NCBI GenBank assembly: GCA_964016885.1 | Contig: OZ024742.1 | Location: forward strand, 7,440,001-7,504,000 | DNA: 64,000 nt | Source of the DNA: Eledone cirrhosa | Taxonomy: Eukaryota | Direction: 5' to 3' | Shown: in pieces, positions 42,601 through 51,943 of the stretch | Position numbering within the stretch: position 1 is the first letter of the stretch | How the letters are laid out: each line of letters opens with the position of its first letter | Notes under the pieces: generated by a model | The model's database searches: none | Seen by the model: the letters and a program-made list of their open reading frames with translations, nothing else | Told to the model about the DNA's origin: nothing | Made by a program: the position numbers and the translations under genes

Positions 42601-44906
42601 TGGTATCTTTACTCTGTAACTGTATGTGATTTTATTGGTGGTGGTGTCTTTACTCTGTAACTGTATATGATCTTATTGGTGGTGGTGTCTTTACTCTCTA
42701 AGTGTATGTGATATTACTGGTGGTGGTGTCTTTATTACATAACTGTATGTGATACGATTGCTGGTGGTGTCTTTACTCTATAACTGTATGTGATATTATT
42801 GGTGGTGTCTTTATTCAATAACTGTATGTGATATTATTGGTGGGGTCTTTACTCTATAACTGTATGTGATATTATTGGGGATGTATTTTCTCTATAACTG
42901 TATGTGATATTATTGGTGGTGGTGTCTTTACTCTATAACTGTATTTGATATTATTGGTGGTGGTGTCTTTACTCTATAACTGTATGTGATATTATTGGTG
43001 GTGTCTTTACTCTATAACTGTATGTGATATTATTGGTGGTGGTGTCTTTATTCTATAACTGTATGTGTTATTATTGGTGGTGGTGTCTTTACTCTATAAG
43101 TGTATGTGATACTATTGCTGGTGGTGTCTTTACTCTATACTGTATGTGATACTATTGTTTGTGGTGTCTTTACTCTATAACTGTATGTGATATTATTGGT
43201 GGTGGTGTGTTTATTCTATAACTGTATGTGATATTATTGGTGGGGTCTTTACTCTATAAGTGTATGTGATATTATTGCTGGTGTCTTTACTCTATAACTG
43301 TATGTGATATTATTGGTGGTGGTGTCTTTACTCTATAACTGTATGTGATATTATTGGTGGCGGTGTCTTTACTCTATAAGTGTATGTGATATTATTGGTG
43401 GTGGTGTCTTTACACTATAACTGTATGTGATATTATTGGTGGTGTCTTTACTCTATAACTGTATGTGATATTATTGGTGGTCTCTTTACTCTATAAATGT
43501 ATGTGATACTATTGGTAGTGTCTTTATTCAATAACTGTATGTGATATTATTGGTGTTGGTATCTTTACTCTGTAACTGTATGTGATATTATTGGTGGTGT
43601 TCTCTTTACTCTATATCTCTATGTGATATTATTGGTGGGGTCTTTACTCTATAACTGTATGTGATATTATTGCTGTTGTCTTTACTCTATAACTGTATGT
43701 GATATTATTAGTGGTGTCTTTACTCTATAACTGTATGTGATATTATTGGTGACGGTGTCTTTACACTATAACTGTATGTCATAATTTTGGCGGTCTCTTT
43801 ACTCTATAACTGTATGTGATGTTATTGGTGGTGCTGTATTTACTCTAAAACTGTATGTGATATTATTGGTGGGGTCTTTACTTTATAACTGTATGTGATA
43901 TTATAGGTGTCGTTGTCTTTACTCTATAACTGTATGTGACATTATTGGTGGTAGTGTTTTTACTCTATAACTTTATGCGATATTATTGGTGGTGTCTTTA
44001 CTCTATAACCGTATGTGATATTATTGGTGGTGGTGTATTTACTCTATAACTGTATTTATTATTATTGGTGGTGTCTTTACTCTATACCTGTATGTGATAA
44101 TAATGGAGAGTCTTTACTCTATAACTGTATGTGATATTATTGGTGGGTTCTTTACTCTATAATTGTATTTGATATTATTGGTGTTGTCTTTACTCTATAA
44201 CTATATTTGATATTACTGGTGGAGTCTTTATTCTATAACTGTATGTGATATTATTAGTGTTGTCTTTACTCTATAACTGTATGTGATATTATTGGTGGCG
44301 GTGTCTTTACTCTATAACTGTATGTGATATTATTGGCAGTGTCTTTACTCTATAACTGTATGTGATATTATTGGTGGTGTCTTTACTCTATGACAGTATG
44401 TGATATTATTGGTGGTGCTTTATTTACTCTAAAACTGTATGTGATATTATTGGTGGGGTCTTTACTTTATAACTGTATGTGATATTATTGGTGGGTTCTT
44501 TACTCTATAACTGTATGTGATATTATTAGTGGTGTCTTTACTCTATAACTCTATGTGTTATTATCGGTGGTGGTGTCTTTACTCTATAACTGTATGTGAC
44601 ATTATTGGTGGTGGTTTCTTTACTCTATAACAGTTTGTGATATTATGGGCGGTGTCTTTACTCTATAACTGTATGTGATATTATAGGTGGTGGTGTCTTT
44701 ACTCTATAACTGTATGTGATATTATTGCTGGTGGTGTCTTTACTCTATAACTGTATGTGATATTATAGTTTGTGGCTTTACTCTAGAGCTGTATGTGATA
44801 TTATTGGTGGTGGTGTCTTTACTCTATAACTGTATGTGATATTATTGGTGGTGTCTTTACACTATAAATGTATGTGATATTATTGGTGGTGTTTTTATCC
44901 TAAAAC
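9682..44906. repeat. ~35-kb satellite array of 41-bp and 38-bp monomers, CTGTATGTGATATTATTGGTGGT(GGT)GTCTTTACTCTATAA, with higher-order duplications
   Basis: Monomer spacing is 41 bp (e.g. TCTTTACTC at 10021 and 10062) or 38 bp when one GGT is missing. The array is continuous except for one SINE insertion. Confidence 0.98.
13334..13522 (+). mobile_element. Full-length young tRNA-derived SINE inserted in the 41-bp satellite
   Basis: A-box-like TGGCAGTATCGG, B-box GTTCAAATCCC, central CCTTTCATCCTTACGGGGTCGATAAAATAAAGTACCAG and ATTATT tail. ATTATTGGTGG is duplicated at 13323-13333 and 13517-13527. Only 4 differences were seen versus the copy at 51623. Confidence 0.93.
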
Positions 44907-44944
44907 TTTTTATTCCTCACCAAACTATTTTGTCCTCGTCTTCT

Positions 44945-45007
44945 CTGCTGTTGTTGTTGTTGCCGTTGTTGCTGTTGTTGCTGTTGTTGTTGTTGTTGCT
45001 GCCGTTG

Positions 45008-45038
<31 letters not shown>

Positions 45039-47008
45039 TGTTGTTGTTGGTGTTGTTGTTGTTGTCGTCGTTGTTGTCGCTTTCATCGTTACTGTTGCTG
45101 CTGCTGCTATTGTTGTTGTTGTTGTTTTTGTTGTTGTAGTTGTTGCTATTGTTGTTGTTATTGCTGCTGTTGTTGTTGTTGCTGTTGTCGATGTCGTTAC
45201 TGTTGTCGTTGTTGCTGCTATTGTTGTTGTTATTGTAGTTGTTCTTGCTATTGTTGCTGTTGTTAATGTAGTTGTTGTTGCTACTGCTGTTGTTGTTATT
45301 ATAGTTGTTCTTGCTATTGTTGCTGTTGTTATTGTAGTTATTGCTATTGTTGCTGTTGTTATTGTAGTTGTTGCTATTTTTGTTGTTGTTATTGTAGTTG
45401 TTGCTACTACTGTTGTTGTTATTTTAGTTGTTGCTACTGCTGTTGTTGTCATTGTAGTTGTTGCTATTGTTTTTGTTGTTGTAGTTGTTGCTATTGTTGT
45501 TGTTGTTATTGTAGTTGTTATTGCTATTGTTGCTGTTGTTATTGTAGTTGTTGCTATTGTTGTTGTTGTTATTGTAGTTGTTGCTATTGTTGTTGTTGTT
45601 ATTGTAGTTGTTGCTACTGCTGTGGTTGTTATTGTAGTTGTTGCTACTGCTGTTGTTGTTATTGTAGTTGTTATTGCTATTGTTGCTGTTGTTATTGTAG
45701 TTGTTGCTATTGTTGTTGTTGTTATTGTAGTTGTTACTACTGCTGTTGTTGTTATTGTAGTTGTTGCTACTGCTGTTGTTGTTATTGTAGTTGTTATTGC
45801 TATTGTTGCTGTTGTTATCCTAGTTGTTGCTACTGCTGTTGTTGTTATTGTAGTTGTTGCTACTGCTGTTGTTGTTATTGTACTTGTTATTGCTATTGTT
45901 GCTGTTGTTATTGTAGTTGTTGCTACTGCTGTTGTTGTTATTGTAGTTGTTGCTACTGCTATTGTTGCTGTTGTTATTGTAGTTGTTGCTACTGCTGTTG
46001 TTGTTATTGTAGTTGTTATTGCTATTGTTGCTGTTGTTATTGTAGTTGTTGCTACTGCTGTTGTTGTTATTGTATTTGTTATTGCTATTGTTGCTGTTGT
46101 TATTGTAGTTGTTGCTACTACTGTTGTTGTTATTGTAGTTGTTATTGCTATTGTTGCTGTTGTTATTGTAGTTGTTGCTACTGCTGTTGTTGTTATTGTA
46201 GTTGTTGCTACTGCTATTGTTGCTGTTGTTATTGTAGTTGTTGCTACTGCTGTTGTTGTTATTGTAGTTGTTATTGCTATTGTTGCTGTTGTTATTGTAG
46301 TTGTTGCTACTACTGTTGTTGTTATTGTAGTTGTTATTGCTATTGTTGCTGTTGTTATTGTAGTTGTTGCTACTGCTGTTGTTGTTATTGTAGTTGTTGC
46401 TACTGCTATTGTTGCTGTTGTTATTGTAGTTGTTGCTACTGCTGTTGTTGTTATTGTAGTTGTTATTGCTATTGTTGCTGTTGTTATTGTAGTCGTTGCT
46501 ACTACTGTTGTTGTTATTGTAGTTGTTGCTACTGCTATTGTTGGTGTTGTTATTCTAGTTGTTGCTACTGCTGTTGTTGTTATTGTAGTTGTTGCTACTG
46601 CTATTGTTGCTGTTGTTATTTTAGTTGTTGCTACTGCTGTTGTTGTTATTGTAGTTGTTGCTACTGCTGTTGTTGTTATTGTAGTTGTTATTGCTATTGT
46701 TGCTGTTGTTATTGTATTTGTTGCTACTGCTGCCGTTGTTATTGTAATTGTTATTGCTATTGTTGCTGTTGTTATTGTAGTTGTTGCTACTGCTGCAGTT
46801 GTTATTGTAATTGTTATTGCTATTGTTGCTTTTGTTATTGTAGTTGCTGCTACTGCTGTTGTTGTTATTGTAGTTGTTGTTAATATTGTTGTTGTTATTG
46901 TAGTTGTTGCTACTGCTGTGGTTGTTATTGTAGTTGTTGCTACTGCTGTTGTTGTTGTTATTGCTGCAGCTACTGTTGTTGTTATGATGATGATGGTGAT
47001 GATGATGA
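44945..47008. repeat. (GTT)n-derived tract developing a 30/33/36-bp higher-order unit (GTTATTGTAGTTGTTGCTACTGCTGTTGTT)
   Basis: Irregular GTT/GCT up to ~45230, then recurrent GTTATTGTAGTT spaced about 27-36 bp apart; ends in (GAT)n. Confidence 0.93.
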
Positions 47009-47104
47009 CTTCGTTGATCCTTTAATTTATATGGGGCTGAAAAAAATAATTCAGCATACATTGAATAATGTAGTTTCAATTAAATTTCAGCTTTAAAAAA
47101 AACC

Positions 47105-47145
47105 ATAATGGTCACGGATGGAATGCCTTTTAAAATAGGTTTGTA
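47105..47145 (-). repeat. Fragment of a second, older dispersed repeat family
   Basis: The reverse complement AAAGGCATTCCATCCGTGACCAT resembles AAAAATGTTCCAACTGTGACCAT (~53491) and AAAGGTATTCCAGCCATGACCAT (~55541). Confidence 0.5.
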
Positions 47146-47539
47146 AATGTAGTTATAAATAACAATATAAACGACAGAACCAACAACCACCACAACAAAA
47201 ACTCCGACAACCGTCAATATGACAAAACTTCCGAGTCATCAATTTCTCTGAGAAAGGTTAGTAATTGCAATGAAGCAAGTTTAAACCGATGATGTTCTGA
47301 TCGTATTAAGTTTCCTATGAGTTATGTGTAAACCAATGTTTAGTGAAATAAGGCAGCTATGCTCCACGTGCCATTGGCTCCGCTTTCAGTGCATATAGAC
47401 AATTATTAACTAAACCGTTAATGAATTTGAACAATATTTTGTTTGATTTTATTTGCACATATTCATTTAATCAATTGAATGAAATAATTGTTCCAATATT
47501 AACCAAAGAATTGGTAAATGATAACTAAAAGGATCAGGA

Positions 47540-47542
<3 letters not shown>

Positions 47543-47599
<57 letters not shown>

Positions 47600-47695
47600 C
47601 TTTACACACATACATATGACAATACACACACACACATATATATATATATGTGTGAGTGTGTGTATAAATCTTCCTCTCTCTCTCCCTCTCTCTGA

Positions 47696-47761
<66 letters not shown>

Positions 47762-47765
47762 CACA
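47543..47765. repeat. (CT)n, (CA)n and (TA)n dinucleotide microsatellite cluster
   Basis: Dinucleotide runs read directly from the sequence. Confidence 0.95.
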
Positions 47766-47913
47766 TATCAGTATTTTACATGTACTCTGCAGTATTAACT
47801 TTAATAGCCACCACTATCTTAATTAAAGTGTATGGCTATGTACCTAAGTGTGTGAGAATAGAATTTTTTTTCCATTTCCTTTTTCGTGTGACTGATAACA
47901 TTTTTCGCCTAAC

Positions 47914-48014
47914 CTGTAGCTCATCCAGCATATGACATGTTGAACAGAGCTGAGCCGGGTATTTATTGTCGTGTCCATATAACTTAATACCAATGCAAAC
48001 TTCCGAAACATTAA
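47914..48014 (-). CDS. Candidate 101-nt internal exon of an unidentified minus-strand gene
   Basis: On the minus strand there is a long pyrimidine tract ending ...CTTTGCTTTCCCAAATGTAG| as acceptor and CAG|GTTAGG as donor. Two frames are open (NVSEVCIGIKLYGHDNKYPAQLCSTCHMLDELQ or LMFRKFALVLSYMDTTINTRLSSVQHVICWMSY). No protein family was recognised. Confidence 0.4.
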
Positions 48015-48302
48015 CTACATTTGGGAAAGCAAAGGATAGAAATAAATAAAGAAATGAAGAAATAAATGCATGTTTAAACTGGCTTGCTTGGCAATCACTG
48101 ATATAATATTTTGACTTCTTAGTTTGAGAGAGAACACACTAACTATTAATCAACTACGACTTAAACTGTTATATGTAAATATGTGGTGGACGAGTGTTTT
48201 AGGTGGCAACAATGATGTTGTTTAGCTCTAGAGTAAGAAGGATATCTAATCTAACATCAAGGTCTGTACTTGCTGGGTAGGGGAAAGAAGATCATATCCA
48301 TT

Positions 48303-48430
48303 CCAGTATTTGACCGGCACTTCCATTTATCAAACCCTGAAATGTTGAATATTAATTTTGACTCCGGTGGGATTTGAACTGAGAACGACTACAAAGCATT
48401 TTACCTGATGTTCTAGCGATACTGCCGCTT
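48303..48430 (-). mobile_element. Degenerate tRNA-derived SINE fragment
   Basis: GGGATTTGAACTGAGAAC (reverse complement of the B box) and GCGATACTGCC (reverse complement of the A-box region). Confidence 0.6.
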
Positions 48431-48442
48431 CTACACCAAATT

Positions 48443-48637
48443 AATAATTATTTATACTTTTAGCATAAGGTCAGCAATTATCACAGTGTATTACTGGTAC
48501 TTTATTTTATCGACCCCGTAAGGATGAAAGGTAAAGTTAACCTCGGCGGGATTTGAACTCAGACCATAAAGGGCAGTAACTCTTTTGCTGCAAAGCATGG
48601 CGTCCGATCCTCTACCGATACTGCCAATCCATCGCCC
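48443..48637 (-). mobile_element. Full-length SINE (same family as 13334) with a 16-bp target-site duplication
   Basis: The reverse complement matches the SINE from head to tail. ACACCAAATTAATAAT occurs at 48433-48448 and 48638-48653. Confidence 0.9.
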
Positions 48638-48685
48638 ACACCAAATTAATAATAAGCAAGTAAGTTTATGATCAAATGCATTCGA

Positions 48686-48960
48686 ACCGACTTTGGTAGG
48701 ATTTGAACTCAGAATGTAAAGAGCAGGAAGAAATGACGCAAAGTATTTTATCCGATGCTCTAACGATTCTATCAATCCGCCATCCCCAATTGTTTCGAAT
48801 TAAGGCACAAGCTGGGAGGTGAAATTGATTATACTATTGTATGGACAACGGAATAATGAAAAGGGAAGTTTAACTCGGCGGTATTTGAACTCAGAACGTA
48901 ACCAAGGGCCGCAAGGAATTTCCCTCGACGTTCTAGCCATTCTGCTAATCCCCTCCACCT
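48686..48960 (-). mobile_element. Two older degenerate SINE copies in tandem
   Basis: ATTTGAACTCAGAA (reverse-complement B box) at ~48701 and ~48883, each followed by CTA(A/G)C(G/C)ATTCT(A/G) head-like sequence. Confidence 0.65.
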
Positions 48961-49684
48961 TAACACCAGATTAATAATAAGCAAGTAGTTCTACGGGGAA
49001 AACCCTTTGAACCGTAACAGTAATATATTTAATTTTCAGGCAAACTTTGGTCAACCTGGCATCACGTTTTGAACGATGTTAAGGAGTGAATCAAGGGAGA
49101 TTTGGATACTATAGAAGCAACATCAGTGACTCGTGTTAGTGATGCAACGCAATGTTACATTCGATGGTGTTTAACTATTTATTTGATTTTGAATATAGTC
49201 ATCTAGAGGTCTAACATAATTGTTTGGTAATCTTGTATTTTCCTTTCATTATATTGTCTACAGCAAATTATATTTTATAGTTTCCATCCCTTGGTTGGAA
49301 TATAAATGATATATTTTTATATATTACTTATTTAATATACATGAATAAACCTAAACATCAATGTTGCCGCTGTTTTCAACCAAACATCAATTCTCTCAGC
49401 TCGGATCAGTGATTGTTAAATAGCATTACTATATATTCCAGTCGGTCATGGATATCGTTTTAATATACCCTGTAAAAGAACGGCTCGTTAAAATATCGAA
49501 GCTAAATTTGAGAGTTTAGCAAGATATCCTTTCAACGTATATCATGACTATGATATATTCCTTGGTGGATGTACCAAGATATATATATGTGTTATCACGA
49601 TACACTAATATAATATTTATGGTTTCTATCTTGGGACATAAATCTATCGTCAGTATGAATTAAGTTGTAATCATGTAAAATGTC

Positions 49685-50133
49685 AGAATCTCTCTCTTTC
49701 GCACATTCATCCATCTAGCTATCTATCTAACTACATATCTATATATCCATCTATCTATCTATATATTTCTCTTTCCATTTCTATCTCTTCCTCACCTACA
49801 CAAACTCTCTCTCTCTCTCTATCTCTCCCTCTCTTTCACACACATACACTCTCTCTCTATATATATATATAAATGTGTGTATATATATATGTGTGTATAT
49901 GTATCTGTGGATATGAATGTATGTATATATGTACAAATATGTGTATACATACATGTATGTATGTATATATGTACAAATATGTGTATACATACATGTATGT
50001 ATGTCTAGAATGATAGATGAACAGAAGGGGAGAAGTTTGGATCGATAGTTGGATGCGTATATTAAAATTATGGATATTTATATTTACAATGTCGCAATCT
50101 AGTATACATATATATGCACACATATATATATAT

Positions 50134-50203
<70 letters not shown>

Positions 50204-50238
50204 CTATTAATTTATCTATATAGCTATTAATTTATATA
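49685..50238. repeat. Mixed (TATC)n/(CT)n/(TA)n microsatellites with a 40-bp tandem duplication (49917-50004) and a 20-bp duplication (~50198-50238)
   Basis: Read directly from the sequence. Confidence 0.9.
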
Positions 50239-50363
50239 AATATTACACACAGTAGATTGACAGCTCACGTAGAGTTTGCTCGACGGTGCCAGTTGAAATT
50301 CCAAAAGTAATCCGGAGAAAAGTAGAAAGATTTGAATGGATACAGTTTAGTTGAAAGGAATTT

Positions 50364-50415
50364 ATTATTTTTTTAATAATTTATATACATACATATATAT
50401 ACATATATAAGCATG

Positions 50416-50485
<70 letters not shown>

Positions 50486-50539
50486 TACATGCTTATATAT
50501 GTATATATATGTATGTATATAAATTATTAAAAAAATAAT
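50364..50539. repeat. ~176-bp near-perfect palindrome: 55-bp arms around a (TA)n core
   Basis: 50364-50418 (ATTATTTTTTTAATAATTTATATACATAC...AAGCATGTAA) is the reverse complement of 50485-50539. Confidence 0.92.
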
Positions 50540-50577
50540 GAATAAACAAAGAAACAGTTCCTTATATTAAAAAAAAT

Positions 50578-50719
50578 TCATTATTTTACGATCGTTTCTA
50601 GGATATATATGTGTTTGAGTTGGTATGCATATTCTATAGATCTATGTACAATATTTATACAAACTATCAGAGGGAATATACATACCTGCACATATATATG
50701 CTGTCTTCAGAAATAATGA
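50578..50719 (-). ncRNA. Type-I hammerhead ribozyme motif (minimal helix III, extended helix II), uninterrupted copy
   Basis: The minus strand reads UCAUUAUUU-CUGAAGA-[105 nt]-GAAA-C-GAUC-G-UA-AAAUAAUGA. This gives a 9-bp helix I, a complete core, a palindromic GAUC loop and a GUA cleavage triplet. Helix II is CAGCAUAUAUAUGUG/CACAUAUAUAUCCUA (13 of 15 paired). Confidence 0.78.
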
Positions 50720-51622
50720 TACTTGTTTATTGATAAGAACAAAGATTCAATACAATAGGTCTGTTTGGAAACAGGTTTTGAATTGACCAATCAGGAGATA
50801 GTGAGGGTCAAGATAGTGATATAGAATTAGGAGAACCTTAAATTATGGGTAGAGGAAGGTAGATTTCAGTTTTGGATGGAAAAGAGTATTATGAATGAAG
50901 GATTACTTTAGGGAAGAAGTAGGTCATATGTTGACCTCAGAAATAATTTTATTTGTACATTGAATAAAACCAACAAAGAACCAATATATTCTGTCTGTTT
51001 GGTAAGAGGTTTAGAATTAACCAATAGAAAGTTAATAATTGGCCAAATGGTAAAATAGTAGTAATTGAAACTTATTTTAGGGGTGAAACTAGGTCAGGTG
51101 GTCAGTAGAAGGTATACAAGCAGTTGCTGTTATAAAATAGTAATGCCAATACAAATATCTAAGGTGACCAGAGTTTTAAGATAAGGATGTTAGTGAAAAA
51201 AATACATCTATGAAAAGGATATAAAATTAATTTAATTGATGGGTATATTTATATTGATAAAATTATACTAATACATATAGATATGATAAATAAGAGTTAG
51301 ATGCAGTTGAAAAGTTCTGTTAAGGATGATGGGAGATTAAAAGAATATAAAAATGATAAAATTATTTCTGAGGTCAACATATGACCTACTTCTTCCCTAA
51401 AGTAATCCTTCATTCATAATACTCTTTTCCATCCAAAACTGAAATCTACCTTCCTCTACCCATAATTTAAGGTTCTCCTAATTCTATATCACTATCTTGA
51501 CCCTCACTATCTCCTGATTGGTCAATTCAAAACCTGTTCCCAAACAGACCTATTGTATTGAATCTTTATTCTTATCAATAAACAAGTATCATTATTTCTG
51601 AAGACAGCGGTGGATTCTGAAG

Positions 51623-51811
51623 GGCGGTGGATTGGCAGTATCGGTAGAGGGTCGGACGCCATGCTTTCAGCATAGTTACGTCCCTTTACGATCTGAGTTC
51701 AAATCCCGCCGAGGTTGACTTTGCCTTTCATCCTTACGGGGTCGATAAAATAAAGTACCAGTAATGCACTGGGTAATTGCTGGCCTTGTGCCTAAAGTAG
51801 AAACAATTATT
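51623..51811 (+). mobile_element. Full-length young SINE inserted in the right arm, with an 18-bp target-site duplication
   Basis: ATTATTTCTGAAGACAGC occurs at 51591-51608 and 51806-51823. The left arm shows the empty site once (50700-50717, reverse complement). Confidence 0.95.
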
Positions 51812-51943
51812 TCTGAAGACAGCATATATATGTGCAGGTATGTATATTCCCTCTGATAGTTTGTATAAATATTGTACATAGATCTATAGAATATGCATAC
51901 CAACTCAAACACATATATATCCTAGAAACGATCGTAAAATAAT
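51806..51943 (+). ncRNA. Second hammerhead ribozyme motif (right arm), immediately 3' of the SINE
   Basis: ATTATTT-CTGAAGA(51813-51819)...GAAA(51925-51928)-C-GATC-GTA(51934-51936)-AAATAAT. A 7-bp helix I is retained. Confidence 0.72.

Noticed and set aside
9682-44906. CRISPR array
   Set aside because: The monomers are contiguous with no unique spacers, there are no cas genes, and the context is eukaryotic.
51361-51390. Additional hammerhead at ATTATTTCTGAGGTC near the inner arm boundary
   Set aside because: CTGAGGT does not fit CUGANGA, and no matching GAAAC...UH with helix I was found.
48491-51912. Short ORFs 48491-48775, 49796-50223 and 51676-51912
   Set aside because: They run through antisense SINE, dinucleotide repeats or the inverted arm, and show no recognisable protein motifs.
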